A stretch of 64,000 bases of DNA from Ilumatobacteraceae bacterium (GCA_963805445.1 CAWDUI010000012.1:391454-455453), one strand, 5' to 3'; counted from the stretch's first letter, positions 18,881-30,891 are shown. Notes: a model not told the origin generated them from the letters alone. A program made the numbers and translations.

Positions 18881-20293
18881 ATGGCCAAGTCCGACATGCC
18901 AAATGCCGTGAGGTCACGAGCACGGCTGAGTGCTGCACTGCTGGTCGCGACACTCGTCGCCGTTGGATGCGGCAGCGACAGCAAAGGCTCGGCGACACCG
19001 ACTGCGGCGGATACCGCGGCACCGGCGGCAACCGCTGCGCCAGCCGACACGACCGCCGCACCCGCCGATACGACCGCCGCGCCGGCCGAGCACAACGGCG
19101 ACGGCGCGACACGACCGCACCGGCCGACGCCAACAAGGTCACCGACTTTGCCGGGTACATCGGCGGATCGGGCGCCGCGGACTCGAGCCTGTCGCCGATC
19201 AAGATCGGCTACTTCAACCAGCAGGGCGGCGCGGTCGTCGTCAGCGACACGAACGTCACGGGCATCAACGCCGCAGTCAAGTTCGTCAACGAGCAGGCCG
19301 GTGGCATCGGTGGGCATCCGCTCGAAGTCGTCACCTGTTACATCGCCAACACCGAAGAAGAGGGCCAGCAGTGCGGCCAGAAGTTCGCCAACGACGACTC
19401 GATTGTCGCGATCGAGACGGGCCCGACCTTCATCGGTACCGAGTCGTTCTATGCAGCGATAGCCGGCTCCAAGCCAGTGGTCGCCGGCGTCTCGGTCAGT
19501 GCCGCCGACACCGTCCAGAACACCGCTGCCGTCCTGTTCGGGGGCGCCAAGTACATCCTTGCACCGTATGCGACATTCGCTCGCGACACCCTGAAGGTCA
19601 AATCGGCGGCGCTCGTCTATCCAGAAGGCGCAGGCGAGGACGAAGGCGCCAAGGGACAGGCATCGGCGTTCGAGGCTGCCGGTATCCCGATCAAGGTGGT
19701 GTCCTATCCGGCCAACACGCCCGACCTCACGGTTCCGCTCCTCGCCGCGGGCGCCCAGGACGTCGATCTGGTGATGCCGGTGATCAACCCCAACGACTGC
19801 GTCAAGTTCGCCGAGGCCACCCGGCAACTCAACATCCCTGACGAGAAGGTGCTGGCCAGCCCGATCTGCATCAACGCGGATGTCGCGGCCGGGCTCGGGG
19901 ATCTCCCCCAGTGGCTCTACGCCGTCGCCTCATCGCTCAGCATCGATCCGACCGACCCGTCGGTTCCGCCGTACACCGACATCCTCAAGGCGCAAGGTCT
20001 CGAGAAGAGCATCGGCGACCCGTGGGTACTGGTGGGCTTCGGCCAGATGATGACGCTGGCAAAGTGGCTCAACGCAATCGGACCGGACGCCATCTCCAGC
20101 GACAAGATCGTCAGCCGAGATGAAGGCGTTCAAGGGACCGCTGATCCTCGGCTCGCCCGTGCTGCAGTGCGGTAAGTACCCAGCGGCGCCCGGCGTGTGC
20201 AACGACTTCACGCAGTTCTACAAGTACGACGGCGACCAGAAGTGGAAGCTGGCCGGCGACTTCGTGGGCCCGCCTGAGGGATGGGTCGGGTAG
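18881..20293 (+). pseudogene. Liv-type (branched-chain amino acid family) ABC substrate-binding lipoprotein, two frame changes
   Basis: A lipobox LVAVGC is followed by an Ala/Pro/Thr linker (TAAPADTTAAPADTTAAPAE). The type-I PBP body (IKIGYFNQQGG...) is in the 18967 frame. The C-terminus EMKAFKGPLILGSPVLQCGKYP...GWVG* is in a third frame ending at 20293. The shifts are near 19107 and 20115. Confidence 0.7.
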
Positions 20294-20342
20294 CGGTCAT
20301 CATCCACACTTCCCGATCACCCGCCCCGAGGCTGAGCATACG

Positions 20343-22362
20343 ATGCTGAACTCGGCAATGACAGACATTGCGCTCTTCATTCTGCTCGGCCTCGGGGCGG
20401 GTGCGGTGATCGCCGGGATCGCCATGGCCGTGGTCGTCACGTACAGCGGGTCGGGGATCATCAACCTCTCCACCGGCGCCGTTGCAATGGTCGCCGCGTA
20501 CACGTTCTGGGCGCTGAAGTCCGGCTACTTCCATTTCACACTGGCGACCTCTCCGGCCATTGCCGTCACGATCCTGGTATCGATCTTCGTCGGCGTTCTC
20601 AGCGAGTTGCTCGTCTTCCGGCCTCTGCGAAGGTCCTCGCCACTCGCCAAGCTGGTGGCTTCGCTCGGGATCCTGTTGACGCTTCAAGCGACGGTGCTGC
20701 TGTGGTTCGGTTCGCCGTCGAAGCAGATCCCCAGTGTCTTCCCGACCAACATCGTCCGATGTCTTCGGCGCGTCAATTCCGGCGAACAGGTTCTGGATGG
20801 CGGCCACCGTGTTGCTCATCGCGGCTCGCGATGGCCGTGTTGTACCGCTGGACGCGGTTCGGCCTGGCAACGCGTGCGGCCGCGGAGAACGAGGTGTCCG
20901 GCATGCTTGCCGGCCTCTCGCCGAACCAGCTCTCGATGGCCAACACAATTCTGGCGTCGGCATTGGCGGGTGCAATGGGTATCGTCGCCGCGCCGCTCGC
21001 TCAAGCCGACTCGAGCACCCTCGTGCTCTTCGTGGTGCCGGCGCTTGCCGCAGCGCTGTTCGCCGCGTTCACTTCACTTCCGGTCGCCTGTCTCGCCGGA
21101 TTCGGGATCGGGATCGGCCAATCGCTGATGTACTACGCCTCAACGCTTTCGTGGTTCCCGACCGACAAGGGTCAACCGCTGCCGGGAGTCCAGGCGTTGC
21201 TCACCTTCGTACTGCTGGTCATCGCACTATCGCTGCGCGGCGCGAAGATGCCGTCGCGCGGCGAGCTCGTTGAGAAGCGGCTGCCGGAGGCTCCGCGACC
21301 GGAGCAACTCGCTCGCCCCGCCATCTTTCTCGCGGTTGTCGGCGTGGTGTTGCTGGTGGTTTCCCGTTCGGCTACCGGCAGTCGCTGATGCTCTCACTCG
21401 TCGGCATGGTGGTGTGCTTGTCCCTGGTGGTCATCACGGGGTTCGTCGGTCAGGTGTCACTCGCTCAAGTCACACTTGCCGGTGTTTCCGGGTTCGTTGT
21501 CTCACATCTCTTCGTCCATGCCGATATCGGCTTCCCGTGGGGGCCACTTGCCGGTTCCGTCGCGGGAGTCGTGGTCGGCCTGATCGTCGGCGTGTCCGCC
21601 TTGCGGGTACGCGGCGCCAGCCTCGCCGTCGTGACGCTGGCCGGTGTCATCGCCATCGAGCAGTTCGGGTTCGCCAACTCGAGATGGGGCGCCGGTCCGA
21701 GCGGGTCCCCGGTCGGACAGCCGAAGTTGTTCGGGACCTCGGTCGGCGGCAACGCCTCGTTTCGCGGGCTGGACGACAAGCTGCCGAGCCCGGTTCTTGG
21801 TTTCGTGTACCTCGTCGCCGTCATCACTCTGTGCCTGCTCGTCGCCAACCTGCGCCGCTCCGTACTCGGCCAGCAGATGCTTGCAGTGCGCGCTAACGAG
21901 CGGGCGGCGGCCGCGGCCGGCATCAACGTCGCCCGCGTGAAGATCACGGCCTACGCCATCTCGTCGTTCATCGCCGGTACCGCCGGATGGATGTACGCCT
22001 ACAACTTCGGTTCGGTCAGTGCTGCCCGGTTCGGAATCCTGATCGCGTTGGGATTCGTCGCCTTCGCCTACATCGGTGGGATCACCATGGTTTCGGGTGC
22101 GGTGATCGGCGGCCTGGTCGCCACCGAGGGCCTCGTGCCCCACTTCTTCCAGACGATCCTCGGGATCTCCGGCAACTGGACGCTGCTGGTCGGCGGACTC
22201 ATTCTGATCGTCACGCTGATTCAGAACCCGGAGGGCGTCGCGGGAACCACGTATCGCAAACGCAAGGCCGCAAAGCAGCGTGCGGCTGCGACGAGCAACC
22301 ACCTGACGACCCGCCCCGTGCTCACCAATGGCGCACCGACCACGATGGTCACCGAACCATGA
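20343..22362 (+). pseudogene. fused LivH-LivM-type ABC permease, three frame changes
   Basis: LivH-like segments lie in three frames, with shifts near 20757 and 20824. The linker ...RLPEAPRPEQLARPAIFLAVVGVVLLVV then continues as FPFGYRQSLMLSLVGMVV...GFVGQVSLAQ (LivM-like) after a shift near 21362. Confidence 0.65.
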
Positions 22363-23141
22363 GCACGGTGTTGTCGGCCCGCCGCATCACGGTCTCGTTC
22401 GGCGGGGTGCATGCCGTCGTCGGGGTCGATCTCGACGTCGAGCCAGGTCAACTGGTCGGTCTGATCGGGCCCAACGGCGCAGGCAAGACGACCTTCGTCG
22501 ATGCCGTCACCGGATTCGTAGAGCATCGAGGCTCCGTCGAGCTCCTCGGTACGGACATCAGCGATCTGCCTCCGCACACCCGCGCCCGACTCGGTCTCGC
22601 CCGCACGTGGCAGTCGATCGAGTTGTTCGACGATCTTTCCGTACGCGAGAACCTCACGGTCGCAGCCCACCATCCCTCGATGCTGTCGACGCTGAGAGAA
22701 CTGCTCGCCCGACCAGTGGCCCGCTCGCGCGCCGTCGACGAGACGCTCGACCTCTTTGCACTCGGCGACATCGCCGAGGCCACGCCCACCGATCTCACCC
22801 AGGGTCAACGCAAGCTCGTCGCCGTCGCCCGGGCCTTGGCCGCACGACCCAAGCTGCTCTGTCTCGACGAACCCGCGGCCGGCCTCGACGCTCATGAATC
22901 CGTCGTCTTCGGACGTCACCTGCGCGACATCGTCGATCGGGGTACGCCGATTCTTCTCATCGACCACGACATGGGTCTCGTGCTCGGTATCAGCGACCGT
23001 GTGGTCGTGCTCGAGTTCGGCAAGGTGATCGCCAATGGCACGCCCAGCGATGTGCGCGAGGACCCGAACGTCGTCACCGCCTACCTGGGGTCGGCCGCGA
23101 CCGAAATGGCCACCTCGAGCGAGCCGGATGATGGCCGCTGA
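22359..23141 (+). CDS. livG: Liv-type ABC transporter ATP-binding protein (LivG-like)
   Basis: ATG 22359 overlaps the permease stop (ATGA). The motifs GPNGAGKTT, LTQGQRKLVAVARAL and LLCLDEPAAG are present. Confidence 0.8.
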   Translation: MSTVLSARRITVSFGGVHAVVGVDLDVEPGQLVGLIGPNGAGKTTFVDAVTGFVEHRGSVELLGTDISDLPPHTRARLGLARTWQSIELFDDLSVRENLTVAAHHPSMLSTLRELLARPVARSRAVDETLDLFALGDIAEATPTDLTQGQRKLVAVARALAARPKLLCLDEPAAGLDAHESVVFGRHLRDIVDRGTPILLIDHDMGLVLGISDRVVVLEFGKVIANGTPSDVREDPNVVTAYLGSAATEMATSSEPDDGR

Positions 23142-23862
23142 CCCGGTCCTCCAACTCGAAGACCTCTCGGCGGGGTACGACGCGGCGGCCGTCGTGCGCG
23201 ACCTGGACCTGCACATCGGTTCGGGAGAAGTGGTCGCATTGCTCGGGGCCAACGGCGCGGGCAAGACGACGACGTTGCGGGCGATCTCCGGCCTGGTGCG
23301 TCCGATGGCGGGTGTGATCCGTGTGCAAGGTGCCGACATCGGCCGGCGGTCACCCTCCTCCAGAGCCCAACTCGGGATCGCTCACGTGCCGGAGGGCCGA
23401 GGCGTGTTCTTCAGCTTGACTGTCGCCGAGCATTTTCGGCTCGGGTACCGCGGAGAACGCCTCGACGTGTCCGTGGCATACGAGTACTTCCCTCAACTCG
23501 CCGACATCACCGACCGCCGCGCCGGCTTGCTGTCGGGCGGAGAACAGCAGATGCTCGCGCTCGGGCGGGCGTTGGCCCGCCGGCCGCGGGTGCTCCTGCT
23601 CGATGAGATGTCGCTCGGCCTCGCCCCCGTGATCGTCGAGCGTCTTCTTCCGGTCGTCTCGAAGTACGCCAAGGAAAGCGGCTGCGCGGTGCTGCTGGTC
23701 GAACAGCACATCCAAATTGCGCTGGCCGTCGCGGATCGTGGCTACGTCCTGTCTCACGGCGAGCTCGTGATCCACGAGGCGGCCGAGACGCTGCGCGCCA
23801 ACCACCAGCTGATTCTCTCCAGCTACCTCGGCGAGCAAGGGACCACAGCGGCCAACGGCTGA
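23128..23862 (+). CDS. livF: Liv-type ABC transporter ATP-binding protein (LivF-like)
   Basis: The motifs GANGAGKTT, LSGGEQQMLALGRAL and LLLDEMSLGL are present. The start overlaps the livG end. Confidence 0.8.
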   Translation: MMAADPVLQLEDLSAGYDAAAVVRDLDLHIGSGEVVALLGANGAGKTTTLRAISGLVRPMAGVIRVQGADIGRRSPSSRAQLGIAHVPEGRGVFFSLTVAEHFRLGYRGERLDVSVAYEYFPQLADITDRRAGLLSGGEQQMLALGRALARRPRVLLLDEMSLGLAPVIVERLLPVVSKYAKESGCAVLLVEQHIQIALAVADRGYVLSHGELVIHEAAETLRANHQLILSSYLGEQGTTAANG

Positions 23863-23882
23863 GGTCGGCAACGCGTCGGTGA

Positions 23883-24350
23883 TCAGCTCCCAGTTGGCGA
23901 CCAGCCGGGTGGCACGACGACGACAGGTTGGCTGGCGCGATGTGAGAGGCGATACGCCATACCGCCGAGGACACGCTCGGAAAGGTTGGCGTGCCCTCGT
24001 GAGCCCACCACGATGACATCGACCGCTTCTCGATCGGCGACATCGACGAGCGCCTGTGCGCCGGAATCGCCCTCGACAATCATGCATCGAAACTCGACTC
24101 CGGCCGTTTGCAACGGTTCGACCCATCGCGTCTTGAGGTCACGTTCGAGATCACGTCTCCACGTGCGCAACGAGGAAATCGAAAGGTCGCGGTTGAACTC
24201 GTGGCTGTATGTCAGCACGTGGACGACGAGTACCTCGGCCTTGGTGGCGGTCGCGGCGATTGCCGACCACTCGATGGCGCGGCCCGACCCGGAGGATCCG
24301 TCGGCGCCCACCAGAATCCGGTGGAACAGTTGCGGCCGTGCATCGGTCAT
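23883..24350 (-). CDS. universal stress protein (UspA family)
   Basis: The protein runs MTDARPQLFHRILVGADGS...VVGSRGHANL...LGGMAYRLSHRASQPVVVV. The start was trimmed to ATG 24350. Confidence 0.75.
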   Translation of the reverse strand: MTDARPQLFHRILVGADGSSGSGRAIEWSAIAATATKAEVLVVHVLTYSHEFNRDLSISSLRTWRRDLERDLKTRWVEPLQTAGVEFRCMIVEGDSGAQALVDVADREAVDVIVVGSRGHANLSERVLGGMAYRLSHRASQPVVVVPPGWSPTGS

Positions 24351-24485
24351 GTGATGCCCCTTGTTCGCGGTTGTTGCTGGAGAACGATCGGCTCTTCGCC
24401 TTCGACCCGAGCCCTGGATCGTCCCATGAGCTTGTTGTATCACGCTATCGATCTGGGTGCATCAGAGGTGATCGATGTCTCACGA

Positions 24486-25079
24486 TCAATCAGTGGCGGT
24501 GGGCACCCGTAACACGTTCAACAGACGGGCGAGCAGGTCGTAGTAGCCGACCAACACGATGAGCTCGATCACCCCATCCTCGCCGATCAACTCGACCAGC
24601 CCGTCGTACTCGGCGTCGTCGAGCTCGCTGCCTTCCAGCAGTCTGGCGGTGCCGGTGACGGCCGCGCGCTCGACGGGATCCGTCACACTCGACGGTTCCC
24701 CTCCGTCGTGAATGGCAGCGAGGACATCGTCGGCAATGCCGAGATTCCTCGCTATTCGACAATGGCTCAGCCATTCGAAGCCGCTGTTTCTCCGCGCCGC
24801 GACGACGAGGATCGACAGCTCTCGTGCTCGGTCTGGAAGGTGTCCCCGGTACCGCAGCGCTGCTCCGAGTTCGGCAAGGGGTCCACCGATGTGCGGTGCG
24901 GCGACCATTGCGTTGAACGGCCCGACAAGTGCACCGTCACCGTCCGCGAGAGGAAATGGCGAGGCGCGCCCCGGGGATCTGCTGGCAACGATGCTGTCGT
25001 ACACGGCACGGGCCGACGCGTCGAGTCGAGTCGGGATGCGCGGCGCCAGCCGACCGCGCGAGTGATCAATATCAGCCAT
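24486..25079 (-). CDS. carboxymuconolactone decarboxylase (AhpD-like) family protein, paralogue A
   Basis: 197 aa, with ...ELSILVVAARRNSGFEWLSHCRIA... About 75-80% of residues match the equal-length ORF at 61615..62208 by eye. Confidence 0.7.
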   Translation of the reverse strand: MADIDHSRGRLAPRIPTRLDASARAVYDSIVASRSPGRASPFPLADGDGALVGPFNAMVAAPHIGGPLAELGAALRYRGHLPDRARELSILVVAARRNSGFEWLSHCRIARNLGIADDVLAAIHDGGEPSSVTDPVERAAVTGTARLLEGSELDDAEYDGLVELIGEDGVIELIVLVGYYDLLARLLNVLRVPTATD

Positions 25080-25116
25080 TCGGCTGGTCTACCATCCCGG
25101 TCAGGGCTGCCGGTCC

Positions 25117-25150
25117 AAAACGACGAGAGCCGCCCCGAAGGGCGGCTCTC
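25117..25150 (-). terminator. intrinsic terminator downstream of the MMPL gene
   Basis: On the minus strand the sequence reads GAGAGCCGCC-CTTCGG-GGCGGCTCTC (10-bp perfect stem) followed by GTCGTTTTGG. It begins 31 nt after stop 25181. Confidence 0.75.
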
Positions 25151-25180
25151 GAAGTGATCTGGACCACGCGATCGGTTTGT

Positions 25181-27361
25181 TCAAGCCGCCACGAGCTCGC
25201 GGTCGTCCTCCGTTTCGATGGCTTCGGCGTCATTGGGCGCCGACTCGAAGTCGATGTGCGGAAGGATTCGCTCCATCCAGGTCGGCAGCCACCAGTTGGC
25301 ACGACCGAGGAGGCTCATTGTCGCCGGCACCAGCACCATGCGAACGAGCGTGGCATCGAGGAACACGGCGGCGGCGAGGCCGACACCGAACAGCTTGCCG
25401 GTCGGGTCGTCGCCGAGGACGAACGAACCGAACACGCTGATCATGATCAGCGCCGCTGATGTGATCACTCTTGCCGTTCCCGACAGACCGGTGACAACGG
25501 ACCGGTGGCTGTCGCCGGTCGCCACGTACTCCTCACGGATCCGGGCCAGGAGGAACACCTCGTAATCCATCGACAGCCCGAACAGGATGGCGAACATCAT
25601 CAGCGGCGCGAACGGGTTGATCGGCATGGTGTGGTGTACGCCGATCAGTTCGTTGCCCCAGCCCCACTGGAACACGGCGACGATCACGCCGTAGGCGGCA
25701 GCGATCGACAGCAGGTTCATCAAGGCGGCCTTCAGCGGCACGAGGATCGACCGGAACACCAGCATCAGCAGCAGGAATGACATCGCCACGATTGCTGCGA
25801 TGAACAATGGGAGGCGGTTCGTGATGCGTTCCGTGAGGTCGATGATCATCGCCTGGCCGGTGAGTCGCGCGGTTGCGTCAGTTCCCGTGACGGCGACGGG
25901 AAGCACGTCGGAGCGCAGGTGGTGCACGAGCACATCGGTGCGCTTGTCTTGTGGCGCCGTGGTCGCGTTGACCACCATCAGCGCTGTGTCGCCGGCGACG
26001 TTGAACACCGGCGCCGTGACGGCAGCGACTCCGGGATCGGCCTGCAGAGCAGCGAAGACGCGATCGACGGAGACCCGGTCGGAAGCCGTCGGGATCTCCA
26101 TGACGACCTGGATCGGACCGTTGAACCCGGTGCCGAAGCCGTCAGCAAGCAGGTCGTACGCCTTGCGTTGGGTCGTGTCGCCGGCGGCGTTGCCGTCGTC
26201 GGGCGTGCCGATCCGCATGCTCAATGCAGGTGTGGCGATGGCACACAGGGCCACGAGTCCGACGAGGGCGTAGCGGACCGGGTGGCTGCCGACGTGGTGA
26301 GCCCAGCGGCCCGAGAACGTGGCGTGCGCCGGCTTGGCAACGTGTGACTTGCGGTGGATCGAGAGCTTGTCGATCTTGTTTCCGGCCAACCCGAGCAGCC
26401 CGGGCAGCAACGTGATGGCGGCGATCATCGCAACCACCACGGTCAATGCGACCGAGACACCCATCGACGTCATCGCCGGGAGGCCGGCGAGGAACAAGCC
26501 GAGGATCGCGATCACCACGGTCGTGCCGGCAAACAGCACCGCCTGCCCGGCAGTGGCGTTGGCGGTACCGGCCGAGTCCTCGACGCTCATGCCCTCGTGC
26601 AGGTGCTGACGGTGGCGGGTGACGATGAACAGCGCGTAGTCGATGCCGACGCCGAGCCCGACCATCATGCACAGGATCAGTGAGAACTCGGGGACATCCA
26701 TGAACGCGGAGAGCACGCCGACGCCGGCGGCTCCGACGAACAGGCTCATGAGTGCGGTGATGATGGGCAGACCCATCGCGACAACCGAGCCGAAGGCGAT
26801 CAGCAGCACCACGATTGCAACGGCGATGCCGATGAGCTCGCTGCTGGGATCGTGCTTCTCGAGCAGGGCGAGTTCTCCCGTGAACTCGGTTTGAATGCCG
26901 CCGGAGCCGGCGGTGTCTGCCGCTGCCTGCGCGTCGTGCAGCTGTGTGACCGTGAGCTTGTCCAGAGCGTAGGCGACGTCGACGTAGGCGGTTCGCCCGT
27001 CCTGGCTGAGTGCCGCTGACTGCGGATCGAACGGGTCGGTGACGCCGGCGACGTCGTGCCCGGTCGATAGTTGTTGACGGGCTCGGTCGACGATTGTCTT
27101 GTGGTCTGCGTCGTCGAGCCGGCCGTCATTGACGTGGACGACGATGCGTGCCGTCTGGCCGGCGCGGCTCGGGAACCGGGCCTGCAAGATGTCGGCCGCT
27201 CGTTGTGACTCGACGCCGGGGACCCGGAAGCTGTCGTCGAAGTGCCCTCCTGCGGCGCCCTGCAGCACCACGATCGCGATCGCCGCGACGAGCCAGAGTC
27301 CGATCACCCGGAACGGATGGCGGGCGCTGCTGCGGCCGAGGCGGAAAAGTAGTGCGCTCAT
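25181..27361 (-). CDS. MMPL-family (RND superfamily) membrane transporter
   Basis: An AGGAGG Shine-Dalgarno precedes ATG 27361 (MSALLFRLGRSSARHPFRVIG...). The protein has two 6-TM bundles with large loops and is an intact 726 aa. Confidence 0.8.
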   Translation of the reverse strand: MSALLFRLGRSSARHPFRVIGLWLVAAIAIVVLQGAAGGHFDDSFRVPGVESQRAADILQARFPSRAGQTARIVVHVNDGRLDDADHKTIVDRARQQLSTGHDVAGVTDPFDPQSAALSQDGRTAYVDVAYALDKLTVTQLHDAQAAADTAGSGGIQTEFTGELALLEKHDPSSELIGIAVAIVVLLIAFGSVVAMGLPIITALMSLFVGAAGVGVLSAFMDVPEFSLILCMMVGLGVGIDYALFIVTRHRQHLHEGMSVEDSAGTANATAGQAVLFAGTTVVIAILGLFLAGLPAMTSMGVSVALTVVVAMIAAITLLPGLLGLAGNKIDKLSIHRKSHVAKPAHATFSGRWAHHVGSHPVRYALVGLVALCAIATPALSMRIGTPDDGNAAGDTTQRKAYDLLADGFGTGFNGPIQVVMEIPTASDRVSVDRVFAALQADPGVAAVTAPVFNVAGDTALMVVNATTAPQDKRTDVLVHHLRSDVLPVAVTGTDATARLTGQAMIIDLTERITNRLPLFIAAIVAMSFLLLMLVFRSILVPLKAALMNLLSIAAAYGVIVAVFQWGWGNELIGVHHTMPINPFAPLMMFAILFGLSMDYEVFLLARIREEYVATGDSHRSVVTGLSGTARVITSAALIMISVFGSFVLGDDPTGKLFGVGLAAAVFLDATLVRMVLVPATMSLLGRANWWLPTWMERILPHIDFESAPNDAEAIETEDDRELVAA

Positions 27362-27480
27362 TTGAATTCCTCCTGATGTGTCCCGCCGTCTGCGGGGTGA
27401 CACCACCATCCATGAACGCGCTGAACTGCGGCTGCACTCTCGCTGAACTCAGCGACCTGGCCGCTGCAGCCCCTGGTCAA

Positions 27481-30400
27481 TCAGGGTTTGAACGCCACGC
27501 TCTGGCCCAGGTGGCCACGTTGTCCGACCTCGAACGCGGCCTGAAATGCCGCGGGGCCGAGCAGCGCAGAGGCGGCCTCGACGGCCGGACCGACGGCGCC
27601 GCACTGGAACTTCGGCACCGTTACCCCGGCATCGGCGCGAAGGCGATCGGCGTGGCCGAACAGTCGCGCCGCATGCTCGGCGTGACCAGCTTCGACGGCG
27701 AGGATTCCGAGCTCGGTGCAGCACACCGCGGCGCCGGCGAGCAGGTCGGCGCGCGGATCGACACGGTTCGCCAGGCGGCGTGGCTCGCCCGCGAGGTACA
27801 GCTCGAGCGCCTCGGTGGCCGCCTCGGCCGCCGTGGCATGGCGACCATCGAGTCGGTGCAACACGGATCGGCCGGCAAGGGCAAGAAAGATGACCGGCGT
27901 GTTGCTCAATCGGCGGGCGAGGTCCAAGGCTCGGCTGTATGCGACCTCGGCACGTTCCGAGTCGCCGTCTTGGAGGAGGGCCCAACCGAGGCGCGCCAGC
28001 AGCGAACCGTTGAAGCCACGCAACCCGAGCGCGTCGTTGGTCGCTACGGCCTCGTCGAGGTTGTCGACAGCGGCTCGATAGTTGCCAGAACGCTCGTCGA
28101 AATCGGCGATGATCCCACGGCACATCGCCAGCATCATCGGCCGGTCGATCTCGGGAGAAGGCGTCGGCGGCCTCGCGGTAGTAGCGCTCCGATCGTTCGA
28201 GATCGCCGTCGAGGCCACCGAGCTTGGCCCGCGAGTACGCACGCGCGGCGATCACGAACGGGCTGTCGGGCAACCCGAGGTAGTGCTCGAGCAACTCGAG
28301 GCGGCGACGGCGGCCCTCGTCGATGTCGCCGCGCGCCGCGGCGACTTCGGCGTAGAACGAGTGGGTCAGGGAGATGGCCGCCACGTCGTTGTGATCACGG
28401 AAGATGGCCAGTGCCGCGCTCAGGTCGGCATCGACGCCGGCAGCGTTGCCCATTTGGAACTCGACCAATCCCCGACCCGTCAAGGCCAATGCGCGTGTAC
28501 GTTCGCTGACGTCACCCTTGCAGCGAAAGGCGTCATCGAGCCAACGCTTGGCCTCGACCGTGGTGCCGGCCAGCCAGTGCGGCCAGCTCACCCCTCCGGC
28601 GATCGTCAGAGCGGTCTCGGCATCGTCGTTGGCAACCGCCCACTCCAGCGCTGCCCTGAGGTTGTCGTGTTCCTGGTCGACCGCGATGAGCCACGAGCGC
28701 TGATCGTCGCCCACGTAGGCAGCCGTGGAGCGCGCGCACAATCGGGCATAGTGCGCTGCCATGGCATCGCGGATCCGCTCGGCATCGCCTCGTTCAGCGA
28801 GCTTCTCACGGCCGTACTGCGCGAGCGTCTGCAGTTGCGTGAAACGCAGCTCGTCGCCCCTCGGCACGGCGACGACCAGCGACTTGTCGACGAGGGTCTG
28901 GATGATGTCAGCGAGATCCGCAGCGTCGAGGGACGTCGTCGGCGCAGACGGCCTCGGCGGTCGCCAGATCGCAACCCCCCAGGAACACCGACAGTCGTTC
29001 AAACACGCGCTGCTCGTCTTCGAACAGCAGCTCGTAGCTCCAGTCGACCACCGCCCGCAACGTCTGCTGGCGTGGCAATGCGGTTCGTGAGCCACCGGTC
29101 AGCAAGCGGAACCGATCGTTGAGCCTGGACGCGATCTGCTGAATCGGAAAGGCGCGCGTCCGAGCCGCGGCCAGCTCGATCGCGAGCGGCAGCCCGTCGA
29201 GGCGGACGCAGATGTCTGACGACAACGGCGCGCACCTCGCTCGACAACGTCAGCGGCGCACCCGCAGCCTGAGCCCGCTCGACGAACAGCTGGACGGCGT
29301 CATCAGTCGTCAGCGGGGGCACGGGCCAAATCGTCTCGCCGCCCACTCGCAGCCCCTCGCGGCTGGTCGCCAGCAGACGCAGGCCCGGGCAGCGACGCAA
29401 CAGGTCCTCGGCGAGCTCGGCGGCCGTCGTGATCACGTGCTCGCAGTTGTCGAGCAGGATCAGCAGGTCACGACTTCCGATCATCTCGGCGAGCCGGTTG
29501 GGATCCGGCAGGTCGAGGGCAGACGCGATTGCCGCTGCCACACCCTCCGGTTCGCCGACATGCGCCAGCTCGACCAGGCAGGCGCCGTGGGACAACCGCG
29601 CCGACTCGCCGCGCGCCACCTCCAGCGCCAGACGCGTCTTGCCCACCCCGCCAGGGCCGACGAGGGTGATGAAGCGGTGGTCGTCGAACAGCCGTGTGAG
29701 GTCGCGGACCTCGTCATCGCGGCCGACCAGCGCTGTCAGCGACTCCGGGATCGTCGAGCGATACCCGGTCGAACGGGCGGTGTCGGGCTGGCCGGCGACC
29801 GTCACGTCCAGCGAGGAGTCCTGGGCGAGGATCGCTGCTTCCAGCCGGCGCAGCTCGGGGCCCGGATCGAGCCCGAGCTCTTCGCCGAGGATGCGGCGTC
29901 CTTCCTGGAACATGCGCAGCGCGTCGGCCTGGCGGCCGGCCCGATACAACGCAACCATCAACAGACCTCGAAGCCGCTCGCGCAGCGCGTGCGCGGCAAC
30001 GAGCGCTTCCAGCTCCCCGATCACGACCCGATGTCGCCCCAGTTGCAGCTCGATGTCGAGCCGCTCCTCGACCGCAGCAATGCGCAGTTCCGACAGACGG
30101 CCGACCTCCACCGATGCAAACTCCTCGTAGGCGAACTCGGCCAGCGCGCTCGCCTCGCCACAACGATTCGGCCTGAGCCAAGAGGTCGATGGCCCCGGTG
30201 AGATCACCGCTCGCGGCACTCGCTCGTCCTGCCGCCACGAACTGTTCGAAGCGATGCACATCGACGGCCTCCGGGGGAAGCTCCAGCGCATAGCCACCTC
30301 CACGCGTCGCTACGAGGCTCGCCGATCCGAGCGCTCGGCGAAGCTTCGACACGAGGCCCTGCAGACCGTTGCGCGTCGCCGACGAGGACTCCGGCCCCCA

Positions 30401-30550
30401 CAGCCCGTCGACGAGCTGGTCAGCCGGCACCGCCCGACCGCACTGCAGAGCCAACATCACCAGGAGTGCACGCAACTTGGCGCCCGTGACCACGACGTCC
30501 GTGTCGTTGTCGTCCACAACCTGGAGCTCGCCGAGAAGGCCGATCTGCAT
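27481..30550 (-). pseudogene. SARP/AfsR-type regulator (wHTH-BTAD-NB-ARC-TPR), four frame changes
   Basis: The OmpR-type wHTH and BTAD start is MQIGLLGELQVV...LRALLVMLAL. The NB-ARC part ([13 protein letters not shown]...LLILDNCEHV...[12 protein letters not shown]) and TPR-like C-terminal segments follow, spread over five frames. The shifts are near 30150, 29220, 28930 and 28150. Confidence 0.7.
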
Positions 30551-30598
30551 GACTCGACAGTACCGGGGGCGTCAGCGAGCAGGTTGCTCGATGACCCG

Positions 30599-30808
30599 TC
30601 AATCCTGCGGGGCGCACAACTCGAGGAATCGCCGGCGGCAATTCTCGGCAACACCGGTGTCGTCGATGGCTCGGGCCAGCAGTTCGACGATCTCGTCGTC
30701 TCGCCCGAAGTGGGCGAAGTGCTCGAACGCCAGGTCGATGGCGCGAACCACCCCGCCACCGGCACACAATTCTCGAAGCTCGTTGCAATTTCGTTGACGG
30801 CGTGACAT
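30599..30808 (-). CDS. small hypothetical protein (69 aa)
   Basis: The product is MSRRQRNCNELRELCAGGGVVRAIDLAFEHFAHFGRDDEIVELLARAIDD... GC3 is acceptable. It lies directly upstream of the SARP gene. There is no family call. Confidence 0.3.
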   Translation of the reverse strand: MSRRQRNCNELRELCAGGGVVRAIDLAFEHFAHFGRDDEIVELLARAIDDTGVAENCRRRFLELCAPQD

Positions 30809-30891
30809 GCAGCGACCATCCACCTGCGCGCTGACGCCCCGCTGGATTCCGACTGAACTGGGCCGGGCGCCGTGCGTCACGGCGCTCGTCG

